From positions 32,001 to 96,000 of the forward strand of contig CAVTHK010000015.1 of NCBI GenBank assembly GCA_963734495.1: a stretch of DNA of 64,000 nucleotides. The letters run 5' to 3'. A program made the position numbers and the translations under genes. Under the pieces are notes generated by a model that saw only the letters and a program-made list of their open reading frames with translations, was not told where the DNA came from and did no database searches. Of this stretch, positions 11,380 to 22,226 are shown one piece after another. This stretch comes from an uncultured Spirochaetota bacterium. Its GTDB lineage: Bacteria > Spirochaetota > Spirochaetia > SZUA-6 > CAVTHK01. The number at the start of each line of letters is the position of its first letter. Position 1 is the first letter of the stretch.

Positions 11380-11896
11380 ATGGACAGGACGCTCCGTTTC
11401 GTGCTGGTATCCGCCGTCGTGCTCGCGGCCGCCGTCATCCTGCAGTCGACGGCGCTCGAGTACGTGGCGATCCGCGGGCGTCAAGCCGGACCTGGCCCTG
11501 ATCGTGCTCGTATTCGTCGCGGTGCACGGCGGGCCGATGGCGGGCCAGGTGTCGGGGTTCATCGCCGGCCTGGTGCAGGATTTCCTGAGCCTGCCGCCGC
11601 TCGGCATGGGCGCACTGGTGCGCACCACGATCGGGTTCGTCTACGGGAGGCTCCAGGGCGCGCTGTCCGCCGGCTCGGTGCTCGCTCCCGTTCTGCTGGT
11701 CCTCCTGGCCACCGTGATGAAGGGCGCGCTGCTCTGGCTGGCCGCGAGCCTCCTGGCGCCCGCCTTTCGGCTCAAGTTCACGGTGGGCTCGCTGATCGAG
11801 CTGGGCTACAACTCGCTGCTCGCGCCGCTCGCGTTCGCGGCGCTCGGCCGCATCAAGGCCCTGCAGGACACGGACCGCAAGGAGGGATCGCCGTGA
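11380..11896 (+). CDS. mreD: MreD, frameshift near 11475
   Basis: ILQST...GVKPDLALIVLVF...GFIAGLVQD; hydrophobic. Confidence 0.92.
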
Positions 11897-13761
11897 GCGA
11901 TCGGCAGGTCGGGCGGTCCGCGCTCGTGCGCGGGCGGCTTCTTGCTCTGGCTTCGGTCACCGTCGGTGTGTTCCTGCTGCTCGCCACCAAGCTCTTCACG
12001 CTGCAGGTCGTCAATCGGCGCGAGTACGCGCGGCGGGCCGAGGAGGTTGCCAGCCGCTCGGAGACCATCGAGGCGCCGCGCGGGCGGATCTTCGACCGCC
12101 AGATGGACGTGCCCGCTCGCCACGAACACGGACTCATTCGCCGTCGAGATCGTGCCCGGCGAGGTGCCGCGGGCCGATTTCGACCAGGATCCTGCGTGCG
12201 TCTGCCGCCTCGTGAGCGCCGACGTCGCGGAGGTGCGCGAGCGCATCAACGTCGCGCAGCCAGCGCTCCTTCGAGCCCGTCGTCGTCAAGTCGAGCGTGC
12301 CCAGGGAGACGGTGTACTACCCTGGCGGAGCACGCGCAGGACTACCCGGGCGTGCGGTGGCGGAGCCGGCCCGGCCGAGACTACCTCGAGGGCGGGTCGC
12401 TGGCGCACGTGCTCGGGTACGTGGCGAACATCACCGGCGAGGAATACCAGCTTCTGTACAACAAGGGCTACGCGTTCAACGCCGTCGTCGGCAAGAGCGG
12501 CATCGAGCAGGTCTACGACGAGACGCTCAGGGGCAAGGACGGCCGCCGGATGGAGATCGTCGACGTCAAGGGCCAGACGGCGGGCGAGGGGGCCGTTCGC
12601 TACATCCCCCCGCGGGCCGGCAAGGACCTGGTCCTGACGATCGACCGCGACATACAGACCCTCAGCGAGAAGGCGCTCGGTCACCGCAAGGGCTCGGTGA
12701 TCGTGCTGCGGCCTGCCACGGGCGAGATCCTGGCCATGGTGTCCTACCCGTACTTCGACCAGAACATCTTCTCCCAGGGCGCCGACAAGGAGCGCTTCAA
12801 CGAGCTCGCCCTCGACCCCGAGTCGCCGTTCCTCAACCGCGCCGTGCAGTCCGCGTATCCGCCCGCATCGGTGTTCAAGCTGGTGCTCACGACCGCTCTC
12901 GCCGAGGAGGACCTGTTCCCGCTCGACCGCGTGGTCAACTGCACGGGCAGCATCCGGGTGGGCGACCGCATCTTCAACTGCTGGAAGAAGACCGGCCACG
13001 GGCCGCTCGACCTGATGGGCGGGCTGGCGCAGTCGTGCGACGTCTACTTCTGGACGGTCGGCCTGGAGGCGATCGGGGTCGAGCGCATCGTGCGCTACGC
13101 CGACATGTACGGGCTTGGCGCGCCTTCGGGCATCGACCTCCCCCGCGAGGCCTCCGGGTTCGTGCCGTCGCCCCGCTGGAAGGAACAGAAGCTTCACGCG
13201 CCGTGGGTCGGCGGTGACACGATGAACCTGTCCATCGGCCAGGGCTGGACCCTCGTGACTCCGCTGCAGATCGCCGACATGGTGGCCATGATCGTGAACC
13301 AGGGTGTGACCTACCGGCCCCATATCGTCAAGGAGATTCGCGACGCCGCCACCGGGGCCGTAGTGGAGAGGCGCGAGCCGGAGGTGCTGCGGACCTCGTC
13401 GGTCAGCAAGGAAGCGTTCGCCATCGTGCAGAAGGCCATGCGCGAAGTGGTCACCGGCGGGACGGCCGAATACGTGCTGTCGACAAAGGCGGTCGAGGCC
13501 GCGGCCAAGACCGGGACGGGCGAGATCGGCCTCGACGAGAGCTGGCACTCCTGGTTCGTCACCTATGCGCCGTACCAGACGGACGACCCGATGCAGAGGG
13601 TCGTGGTGGTCGTCATGGTCGAGGCGACCGAGGGCGAGTACGAATGGTGGGCGCCCAAGGCCGGCAACGCGATCCTCCAGGGGATCTTCGCCCACCAGAC
13701 CTTCGAGCAGGCCGCCAAGGCCCTGGGACTTCCGTACCTCCTGGAGAGCCGCTCGCCATGA
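11893..13761 (+). CDS. mrdA: Penicillin-binding protein 2 (local compensating indels near 12110-12320)
   Basis: APRGRIFDR, GKSGIE, LTIDRDIQ, SVFK (SxxK), SCD, KTGT motifs. Confidence 0.95.
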   Translation: MSDRQVGRSALVRGRLLALASVTVGVFLLLATKLFTLQVVNRREYARRAEEVASRSETIEAPRGRIFDRQMDVPARHEHGLIRRRDRARRGAAGRFRPGSCVRLPPRERRRRGGARAHQRRAASAPSSPSSSSRACPGRRCTTLAEHAQDYPGVRWRSRPGRDYLEGGSLAHVLGYVANITGEEYQLLYNKGYAFNAVVGKSGIEQVYDETLRGKDGRRMEIVDVKGQTAGEGAVRYIPPRAGKDLVLTIDRDIQTLSEKALGHRKGSVIVLRPATGEILAMVSYPYFDQNIFSQGADKERFNELALDPESPFLNRAVQSAYPPASVFKLVLTTALAEEDLFPLDRVVNCTGSIRVGDRIFNCWKKTGHGPLDLMGGLAQSCDVYFWTVGLEAIGVERIVRYADMYGLGAPSGIDLPREASGFVPSPRWKEQKLHAPWVGGDTMNLSIGQGWTLVTPLQIADMVAMIVNQGVTYRPHIVKEIRDAATGAVVERREPEVLRTSSVSKEAFAIVQKAMREVVTGGTAEYVLSTKAVEAAAKTGTGEIGLDESWHSWFVTYAPYQTDDPMQRVVVVVMVEATEGEYEWWAPKAGNAILQGIFAHQTFEQAAKALGLPYLLESRSP

Positions 13762-15072
13762 TGCGGCAGAGCTCGGTCCTCGGGGTCGACCTCGCCCTGC
13801 TTGCCGCCACCGTGTTCCTGATGGTCGCAGGCGTGCTCTTCATCTACTCGAGCGGGGTCGGCGCGTCCGGCGAATCCGCCAACCGGGAGTACGTCAAGCA
13901 GATCGTCTGGGCCGTGACCGGCATCGGCGCTGCTGATGGCGTTCGCCCTGACCAACTACGGACGCCTCGCGCCGATGGCCTTCCCCATCTATTTCGGGTG
14001 TCTCGCCGTGCTCCTGTTCACGCTGGCGTTCGGCAAGGTGGTGAACGGCGCGCGGTCCTGGCTCGGCGTGGGCGACCTGGGGGTTCAACCTTCGGAGTTC
14101 ACCAAGCTGGGGACCATCCTCGCCCTCGCGAGCTTCCTCGGGTCATCCGGGCGCAGGATCCGCGAGGTGCCGCGCTTCCTGATCGGGTTCGGGATCGTTC
14201 TCGTGCCGATGGGGCTGATCCTGATGCAGCCCGACATGGGGACCGCGCTCGTCTACGTGCCCGTCTTTCTCGCGATGGCTCTGGTGGCGGGAGCGCGTCT
14301 GGACCATCTCGGGTTTCTGGGGGGCGCCGGCCTCCTGACCGTGGTCCTGAGCGTCCTGCCCGCGTATGAGCGCACGCTCGCCGAGCGGCCCGGGTCGAAT
14401 CTGGAGGCGGCGCTCTCCTGGGACCGGATGGGGATCTTTGTCGCGGCCCTCGTCCTCGTGCTCGCGGCCGCCGCCGTCGGGTACCTTTTCTCGAAGCGGA
14501 GGCATTTCTACTGGATCGGCTACGCGGCGGCGGTCCTCACGGCGGGGCTCATCGGATCGTTCGTGGCGCGCTCGGTGCTCAAGGACTACCAGCTGATGCG
14601 CCTCATCATCTTCCTCGACCCGGCGGTCGACCCTCGCGGCGCCGGCTGGAACATCATCCAGTCCGTGACCGCCATCGGAAGCGGCGGGATATGGGGCAAG
14701 GGGTTCCTGCACGGGACGCAGAGTCGCTTCAACTACCTGCCGCAGCAGAGCACGGACTTCATCTTTTCGACCCTGGCGGAGGAGTGGGGCTTCTTCGGGG
14801 CGCTTCTGGTGCTGTTGGCCTTTCTCGTGATCATGCTGCGCGGGGTGCGCATCCTCTCCTATGCGCGCGACGAGTTCGCGCTCTACGCCGGGACCGGCAT
14901 CGTGGCGATGATCCTGTTCCACGTTCTCGTCAACGTGGGCATGACCATGGGGATCATGCCGATCACGGGGATCCCGCTGCCGTTCCTCTCGGCGGGCGGC
15001 TCCTCGCTGTGGACCATGTGCATGGGGGTGGGGATCCTGCTCAACGTGTACCTGCGGCGTTATCGTTACTAG
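13758..15072 (+). CDS. rodA: RodA, frameshift near 13930
   Basis: GARSWL, QPSEFTK, QPDMGTA, AIGSGG, TDFIFS, GIPLPFLSAGGSS. Confidence 0.96.
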
Positions 15073-15089
15073 CGGGAACTGTTACCGAC

Positions 15090-17506
15090 GTGGACGCAAT
15101 AGAGCGGGCTCTGCGGCGCGTAGCCCGGCCGGGGCGATACGCCGGCGGCGAGTACGGCAGCGTGGCGCGAGGCGGCCCGGGGCTGTTCCGCGTCGCGGTT
15201 TCGTATCCCGATCTGTACGAGATCGGGATGTCGAATCTCGCGATCCACATCCTCTACAATCGCATCAACGCGCTCGACGGCGTCGTCTGCGAGAGGGTCT
15301 TCGCGCCGGACACGGACCTCGAGCGGGAGCTGCGCAGCGCGGGCCTCCCGCTGTTCACGCTGGAGAGCCGCACGCCCCTCGCGGAGATGGACCTCATCGG
15401 GTTCTCTCTGGGCTACGAGATGACCCTCACCAACATGCTGGCGATCCTGGATCTGGGCGGCGTCCCCGTCGAAGCGGGTGCCCGGTCCGCGGGCGATCCG
15501 ATCGTCATCGCCGGAGGACCGGTCGCCTCGAATCCTCTTCCTCTCTCGCGGTTCGTGGATGGCGCGTTCGTCGGCGAAGCGGAGGACTGGGTGGGGGAGG
15601 CGCTGCCGGCCCTGGCGGCCATGAAGCGCGGCGGGGCCGCCCGCGCCGAGATGCTCGCGCGGATGCAGCGAGCACCCCTCCGTGTGGGCGCCGCAGGCGG
15701 GACGGAAAGCCCGCCGCGCGGTCTGGAGCGGCTTCGCCGACGCGGCCGGGAGCTCGGTCATGCCGGTACCGAGCCTCAAGGTCGTTCAGGACCACGGGAA
15801 CGTGGAGATCATGCGGGGGTGCCCCAACGGCTGCCGATTCTGCCACGCGGGCATGTTCGGCAGGCCGGCGCGGATCAAAGAGCCGGCGGACATCCTCGCG
15901 GAGGTCGGCCGTGTCGTCGCCGAGGGAGGGCACCGGGAGGTGACGCTCGCCTCGCTCTCGTCCGCGGACTACACGGGGCTCCCGGACCTGCTGCGCGCGC
16001 TCAACGGCCTCTACGGGGCCCGCGGGGTCTCCTTCTCGGTGCCGTCGCTCAAAGTCGAGTCCGTCGGCGCGGACCTGTTCGCTGAGCTCTCCGCCGTGCG
16101 CCGCAGCGGGCTCACGTTCGCGGTCGAGACGCCCGGCTGCTTCCGGCAGCGCGGCTTGAACAAGGAGGTGCCGGTCGACAGGGTCGTTGCCATCCTGCGG
16201 GAGGCGAAGTCCAACGGGTGGCGCAGCGCGAAGTTCTACTTCATGGTCGGGCTCCCGCTGCCGGGCGGCGAGCGCGAGTCGGAGGAGATCGTCGAGCTGC
16301 TCGAGCGGGTCGGCCGCGACTCCGGGATGTTCCTGAACGTCAACGTCGCCACCTTTATCCCGAAGCCGCACACGCCGTTCCAGTGGGCGCGTCAGCTCGG
16401 CGAGGCCGAGGCGCTCGACCGGATCATGAGCGTGCGGCGCGCCCTTCCGAAGGCCCGCTTCAAGGTCGGCTACCACGCTCCCTTCACCTCCGTGCTGGAG
16501 GGCATCGTGTCGCGGGGCGACGAGCGCGCCGGGGACCTGGTGCTCGCGGCGTACCGGGCGGGCGCCCGGCTCGACGCGTGGGAGGAGCGTATCCGCTGGG
16601 ACCTGTGGCGCGAGGCGATCGCGGGCGCCGGCTGGGACGTGCTGGGCGAGTCGCTGCGGGCCCGCGCGCTCGACGAGCCGCTCCCCTGGGACGGCATCGA
16701 CTCCCGCATCTCGCGGAAGTTCCTCGCGGAAGAGTGGGCGAGGGCGCAGCGCGGCGAGATGACCAGGCCGTGCGACGTTTCCTGCGCGACCCCCTGCGGC
16801 GCCTGCGGGCCGAAGCTGCGCGTGCGCCGCGCGCCCGCCCGGTCGATCGACGTGGCGGCAGCCGCCGTTCCGGCGCCCACCGCGGGGACGAAGACGCGGG
16901 TCCTCTTCGAGTTCTCGAAGCTGGACCGGGCCGCTTTGATCAGCCACCTCGATCTGATGGGAGTCATGGAGAAGGCCTTCGTACGGGCGGGATTTCTCGT
17001 GGCGTTCACCGAGGGGCACAACCCGAAGCCCCGGCTGGAGTTCGCGAGCCCCCTCGCCCTCGGCGTCGAGTCTTCGGCCGAGGCGGCCGCGGTCGATCTG
17101 CTGAACTACGCGGGGGCGGCCGACTTCGCGGCGAGGCTCGGCGCGGCGCTGCCCGCGGGGCTCTCCGTGGTACGCGCAGCGGAGCTCGGCGGTCCGCGGA
17201 AGCCGTCGCTCGCGGCCCGCGTCTGGGGCGCCGACTACGAGGTGCGATGGACGGGCGCGGCCGCCCTGGCCGCGGCGCTGGCCGGCGGACGTCTGCCCGC
17301 AGGGACCGTTGACCGCGGTTCGCGTCGACGGCGAAGTCCTCGGCGTGAGGCACAGGCACCTGCAGAAGAAGGGCACCGCGCTGCTCGACGTGCTGGAGCG
17401 CGCGCTCGGGGCAAGCCCGCTCGCCGAGGGCGTGGAGGTGCGGCGGGTGGGGCTCCTGGCCGACGGCGAGGCGCCCCTGTTCGCCGCTGTCAGCCTTCAG
17501 CTTTGA
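15090..17506 (+). CDS. B12-binding radical SAM protein (TIGR03960-like) fused to DUF2344/TIGR03936-like domain, frameshifted
   Basis: PGRYAGGE, YPDLYEIGMSN, EIMRGCPNGCRFC (CxxxCxxC), FIPKPHTPFQW, then ISHLDLM...FTEGHNPKPRLEFASPLALGVES. Confidence 0.9.
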
Positions 17507-18272
17507 TCTGGTCCCAGATCCTGTCCATCTCCGCGAGATCGACGTCCTGGAATTCGCGGCCGCTCGCCTTGAGGCGCGTCTCCAGCTCGCGGAAGCGGGT
17601 CTCGAACTTGCGGTTCGAGGCGCCGAGCGCCATCGCCGGGTCCACTTTGAGGAGGCGGGCCAGGTTGACGACCGTGAACAGCAGGTCGCCGATTTCGCCT
17701 TCGAGGGCGCGGGGGTCGGCCGCCGCTTCGCGCGTCTCGGCGATCTCTTCCTGCAGCTTGTCGTAGACGGGCTCGGGCCCGGGCCAGTCGAAACCCACCC
17801 GCGCGGCTTTCTTCTGCAGCCCGAGCGCCCGCTCGAGCTGAGGCAGCGACGCGGGGACGCCGTCGATGGCGCTCGCGGGCTTCTCCTTGCCGTTCTCGCC
17901 CTGCTTGATCCGCTGCCACTGCTCGAGGATGCGTCCCACGTCCTGCTCGCGCTTCTCCCCGAAGACGTGGGGATGCCTGCGGATGAGCTTCGCGCAGACG
18001 CCCTCGACGGCGTCCGCAAGGGACAGCCTCCCGCTCTCCTCTTCGATCGCGGCGATCAGCGATGCCACCATCAAGAGGTCCCCGATCTCCTCGCAGAGGT
18101 TGGCCGCGTCCCCGCGGTCGATGGCGTCGACGCACTCGTACGTTTCCTCGATCAGGCTCGTTCGCAGGCTCGACGATGTCTGCTTCTGGTCCCACGCGCA
18201 GCCCTCGGGCCCGCGCAGGTGCTTCACGATGGTGTAGAGCCTCTCGAACAGGGAGCCGGTTGTCGCGCTCAC
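17490..18272 (-). CDS. mazG: Nucleoside triphosphate pyrophosphohydrolase MazG
   Basis: LRGPEGCAWDQKQT, EETYE, EEIGDLL, KLIRRHPHVF, KAARVGFDW, EIGDLLF. Confidence 0.96.
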   Translation of the reverse strand: MSATTGSLFERLYTIVKHLRGPEGCAWDQKQTSSSLRTSLIEETYECVDAIDRGDAANLCEEIGDLLMVASLIAAIEEESGRLSLADAVEGVCAKLIRRHPHVFGEKREQDVGRILEQWQRIKQGENGKEKPASAIDGVPASLPQLERALGLQKKAARVGFDWPGPEPVYDKLQEEIAETREAAADPRALEGEIGDLLFTVVNLARLLKVDPAMALGASNRKFETRFRELETRLKASGREFQDVDLAEMDRIWDQIKAEG

Positions 18273-18390
18273 GTTACCCCGCCCGCCGCGGTCGGAGGCC
18301 GCGGCTTCCACTGGATGCGGACGACCATAGCAGTTGGAGCGCCGAGCCTCAAGCGGCCTCGAGCCGGGGCCGCGTGACCTCACGGTTGCG

Positions 18391-18419
18391 TTGACACCAC
18401 GATGCAAAGCGCATATCCT
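18391..18419 (+). promoter_or_regulatory. sigma70-type promoter for the rpe operon
   Basis: TTGACA-N17-TATCCT in the divergent mazG/rpe spacer. Confidence 0.65.
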
Positions 18420-18491
18420 CGAAATCCGTCCGCGGCGCCCGGGCGGGCGGCCGCGTTCCGGAGCAGGAGCAGACTGAAGGCGAGAGGCAGG

Positions 18492-19148
18492 ATGAAGGCG
18501 ACGCTGGTGGCTCCGTCGATCCTCTCGGCGGACTTTTCCCGAGTCGGGTCTGAGCTCGCGCGGATCGACGCCTCGGGCGCCGACTGGGTCCACCTCGACG
18601 TGATGGACGGGAGCTTCGTCCCCCCGATCACGTTCGGCGCCAAGATGGTCGCGGACCTCAGGTCCCACTCGCGGCTGCCTTTCGACGCGCACCTGATGGT
18701 GGTGCACCCCGAGACGTTCGTGCGCGATTTCGTCGAGGCCGGTGCCGACCGTGTCACCGTGCACGCCGAGGCCACGCCGCACCTGCACCGCTGCCTCGCC
18801 GAGATCGGCGCCCTCGGCGCCGCGCCGGGCGTCGCCGTCAATCCCGCCACCCCGCTCGAGGCGGTCCTCGAGGTCCTCGAGGCCGTGAAGCTGGTTCTGG
18901 TAATGACCGTCAACCCCGGCTTCGGCGGACAGCAGCTCATCCCGCGCACCCTGGAAAAGGTCGCGCGCCTCGCGCGCGTGCGCGAAGAACGGTCGCTCGA
19001 CTTCCTGATCGAGGTGGACGGGGGAATCAACGAGAGCACGGCGGGCGACGCGCGGAGCGCCGGGGCCGACGTTCTCGTGACCGGGTCGTCGTTCTTCACC
19101 GCCGCGGCGCCCGACCGCTACGTGCAGGCGCTGCGCGGCGGGGGGTGA
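18492..19148 (+). CDS. rpe: Ribulose-phosphate 3-epimerase
   Basis: APSILSADF, HLDVMDG, DAHLMV, MTVNPGFGGQ, EVDGGIN. Confidence 0.97.
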   Translation: MKATLVAPSILSADFSRVGSELARIDASGADWVHLDVMDGSFVPPITFGAKMVADLRSHSRLPFDAHLMVVHPETFVRDFVEAGADRVTVHAEATPHLHRCLAEIGALGAAPGVAVNPATPLEAVLEVLEAVKLVLVMTVNPGFGGQQLIPRTLEKVARLARVREERSLDFLIEVDGGINESTAGDARSAGADVLVTGSSFFTAAAPDRYVQALRGGG

Positions 19149-19201
19149 GGCTTCAGGCCGCGGCTCGATGATGCCGAAAGTGTAAAGGGGATCCCTTCCT
19201 T

Positions 19202-20128
19202 ATGAGACGTAGCGTGGTTGCAGCCCTTCTCCTCGCCGCCGCCCTGCTCGGCGCGCAGGATGCGGGCCTTGCCGCCGGCATCTCGTCGCTCGAGGCGGGC
19301 GACTACCCCGCCGCGATCCGCGCGCTCGACGGCGTCGTGGCGGACCCCGCGCAGTCGGCCTTCCATGCGGACGCCTACCTCCTGCTGGCCAAGGCCCAGA
19401 TCGCGGTCGGATCGTTGCCGAAGGCGGTGGCGGCCCTCGAGTACTACCTGCTCAACTTTCCGAAGCACCGATCCTACGCGGAGGGCGTCTATCTCAAGGG
19501 AAGGCTGCTCTACCTGCAGGGCGACTACGAAAACGCCATCGTCGCGCTGCAGAGGTTCCTCAAGAGCTACCCGGGGACCGCGTTCGAGCCCAACGCGACC
19601 TACTACATCGGCGAGTCGCTGTTCGCCCTCGGGCGACTGGACGAGGCGCTGGCGCCGATGCGGGAGCTCGTGGCCCGCTGGCCGGACAGCGCCAAGGCCG
19701 AGGCCGCAAGGTACCGGGTCTCGGTGATCGAGCTCCACAAGCGCGAGGCCGAGCTGCTGAACCTGCTCAAGGCCAGCCACGAGGAGACGCTCAGGGCCGT
19801 CGAGGACTCCCGGAACCAGGAGCGAAGCTACGAGCAGGCGATCACGGCCTATCAGCGCCGCCTCGCGGGCGAGGGCTCCGACTCCCAGAAACAGGTGGTG
19901 TCGCTCGAGCAGCAGCTCGCAGCCCGCGACCGCGAGCTGCAGAGCCTGCGTGCGCAGGTGGACGCCCTGACAAAGCAGCTCGGGCAGGCCGGAAGCGCGC
20001 CAACGGGCGCCGCCGCACCGGCCACGGCGGCCGGCAACGAGGCGACCGCACGCCTGCTCAAGACCAAGGAGCAGGCCCTCGACCTCAAGGAGCGGCTGAT
20101 CCGCAGGCTCGGCGGGGGGGGCAGGTGA
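19202..20128 (+). CDS. Exported TPR protein (BamD/CpoB-like repeats) with C-terminal coiled coil
   Basis: Signal peptide; GDYENAIVALQRFLKSYPG, ATYYIGESLFALG repeats. Confidence 0.8.
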   Translation: MRRSVVAALLLAAALLGAQDAGLAAGISSLEAGDYPAAIRALDGVVADPAQSAFHADAYLLLAKAQIAVGSLPKAVAALEYYLLNFPKHRSYAEGVYLKGRLLYLQGDYENAIVALQRFLKSYPGTAFEPNATYYIGESLFALGRLDEALAPMRELVARWPDSAKAEAARYRVSVIELHKREAELLNLLKASHEETLRAVEDSRNQERSYEQAITAYQRRLAGEGSDSQKQVVSLEQQLAARDRELQSLRAQVDALTKQLGQAGSAPTGAAAPATAAGNEATARLLKTKEQALDLKERLIRRLGGGGR

Positions 20129-21174
20129 TGAGGCGCCTCGCGGCTTTCTCGCTCGTGCTGCTCGCCGTGCTCGCGACAGGCCCCGCGGCGCAAGCGCTCG
20201 AAATCGACCAGGGACGCCTCAGGCTCAGGCTGGAGGAGGGGATCGGCCGCTTCAGCCTCTCCTATCTCCCCGATCGGCCAGGGGCCGGCTACATTCCCCT
20301 CCTGCTCGCCGACGACCCGCGCACGACCGTGCTGACGCTCGTCGAGGGCAACCGGGTGCACCGGATGGGAGAGACCGCGGCCTTCGCCGAGAAGCTCGAG
20401 AGAACGCGGGAGGGCGCGCAGTTCGTCTGGACGGGAAAGACCCTCGAAGTGACGGAGCGGTTCGGGTTCGTCGCGTCTTCCGGCAGCGTGCTCGCAGACG
20501 GTGTAAGGATCGACATCGTGGTCCGCAACGTAGGCGAAGCGGCCCGCAGCGTGGGCCTGCGCTACCTGTTCGACACCTGGCTCGGGGAGGGCAGCGGGCT
20601 GCACTTCTGGACGCCCGCGGCGCCGAGGATCGACCGCGAGTACATGCTGGTGCCGGGGGACGCGGAGCCGTTCTGGGTTTCGTCGGCATCCAAGGGCGGC
20701 GAGGGGCTGCAGGTGATGGTGAGCGGGCCGGGAATCACGAAGCCGGACCGGGTGCTCTTCGCGAACTGGAAGCGCCTGAACGAGGCCTCGTACGGCTACG
20801 AGACCGCGTCCACCCGCAACTTCAACCAGCTGCCCTATTCGATCAACGATTCCGCGGTCGCGCAGTACTACCTGCCGAAGGATCTGCAGGCGGGCCAGAC
20901 GCTCACCGTGACCCTCGTGATGGGCCTCTATAACGCGAAGGGGTTCAGCGCGGACCTCGCAGCCCGTTCCACGGAGGTCAGCCGGATCGTGGAGAAGGCG
21001 GCCGCGGCGACCACCGCGGTCACCGACCCGACCCTGGCCCTCAAGAGCGACCTCGAGACGATCGACAAGCTCATAGCCGAGATCGACAGGCAGCTCGCTT
21101 CCGGGCAGGTTGCCGAGGCCGACCTCCCGCTCATGGAAAAACTGATCGCGGACCTGCAGGCCAAGTACAGGTAG
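20125..21174 (+). CDS. Exported hypothetical protein (beta-rich, helical tail)
   Basis: Signal peptide (AQA-LE), intact 349-aa ORF, start overlaps previous stop. Confidence 0.75.
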   Translation: MMRRLAAFSLVLLAVLATGPAAQALEIDQGRLRLRLEEGIGRFSLSYLPDRPGAGYIPLLLADDPRTTVLTLVEGNRVHRMGETAAFAEKLERTREGAQFVWTGKTLEVTERFGFVASSGSVLADGVRIDIVVRNVGEAARSVGLRYLFDTWLGEGSGLHFWTPAAPRIDREYMLVPGDAEPFWVSSASKGGEGLQVMVSGPGITKPDRVLFANWKRLNEASYGYETASTRNFNQLPYSINDSAVAQYYLPKDLQAGQTLTVTLVMGLYNAKGFSADLAARSTEVSRIVEKAAAATTAVTDPTLALKSDLETIDKLIAEIDRQLASGQVAEADLPLMEKLIADLQAKYR

Positions 21175-21176
21175 CA

Positions 21177-22226
21177 ATGGCTGGGGATCTCTCGAAGGCG
21201 CAGAAGCTGCTGCGGGCGCGGCGCTTCCGGCAGGTGATCCGCCTGCTGGAGCCGGAGGTCTTCCGTTTCCGCCAGAGCTTCCAGTACTTCTACGTCCTGG
21301 GGCAGGCAAGCCTCTACGCCGGGGACTTCGCCTCCGCCGCCTCTTACCTCGAGCGCGCCCGCGGGCTGGGCGACGACGAGCGCGTGCTGACGGCGCTCGC
21401 CGCGGTGCAGCTCGCCCGCGGTCAGAAGGACGCGTGCCTGAAGACGTGGCTGGAGGTCGTCGACCGGTGGCCGCGGAACCGCCAGGCGCGTCGCGGGCTG
21501 CGGCTGCTGCGCCGGGGCGGCGAGCCCGCGGAGCTCTCGGGGCGGCCCGGCCTGATGCGCTCGCTGTATCCGCCGCTGCCGCGGCGAGTGGCGCCGCTGC
21601 TGTTCGCCTGCCTCGCCGCCGCGGTCATAGCCGCGGGCGCCTATGCCGCGGTCCGATACCTTCCGCCCCCCCGGCGCGCCGGCGTGCCCGACCTCTCGCT
21701 TCCGGCCAGCCCGCTCATCGCGCCCTCCCGCCCGGGAGCCCTGTACGTTCTCAGCGAGCGGGAGGTCCGGCAGATCTTCGAGCGGGCCAAGTCCCTGCTG
21801 CTGAGCTATCGGGACAACGAGGCCTGCGTCGAGCTGAACCGACTCCTGCTCTCCAACGCGGGCCAGGCGGTGCGGGACCGGGCCGCCATGCTCAAGTCGT
21901 ACGTGCGCGGCTTCGATTTCGCCAGCACGGGCCGCTCGTACAGCTGGGCGGAGACGAGCGTCGAGCCGAGGCTGTACGACGGCTGCTTCGTGCGCTGGCG
22001 CGGCCGCGCGGCGAACTACCGCAGCGACGCATCAGGGGCGAGGTTCGACTTTCTCGTGGGCTACGAGCGGGGCACCGAGCTTCTCGGCATCGTGCCCGCG
22101 ACGCTCTCCTTTGCCGCGGACATCGCCGCCGGAGACAACCTGGAGGTCATCGGCAGGCTGCTGGTCGGCGAGGGGCGTTCCCTCCGCCTGGAGATCACTT
22201 CGCTGCGGCAGATCGTCCCGAAGTAG
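21177..22226 (+). CDS. TPR + central TM hypothetical protein
   Basis: Intact 349-aa ORF; N-terminal TPR-like helices, TM, C-terminal beta domain (VRWRGRAAN). Confidence 0.75.
   Translation: MAGDLSKAQKLLRARRFRQVIRLLEPEVFRFRQSFQYFYVLGQASLYAGDFASAASYLERARGLGDDERVLTALAAVQLARGQKDACLKTWLEVVDRWPRNRQARRGLRLLRRGGEPAELSGRPGLMRSLYPPLPRRVAPLLFACLAAAVIAAGAYAAVRYLPPPRRAGVPDLSLPASPLIAPSRPGALYVLSEREVRQIFERAKSLLLSYRDNEACVELNRLLLSNAGQAVRDRAAMLKSYVRGFDFASTGRSYSWAETSVEPRLYDGCFVRWRGRAANYRSDASGARFDFLVGYERGTELLGIVPATLSFAADIAAGDNLEVIGRLLVGEGRSLRLEITSLRQIVPK

Noticed and set aside
11380..13761. 793-aa MreD-PBP2 fusion ORF
   Set aside because: mreD shifts frame near 11475; the linking sequence is GC-rich off-frame text.
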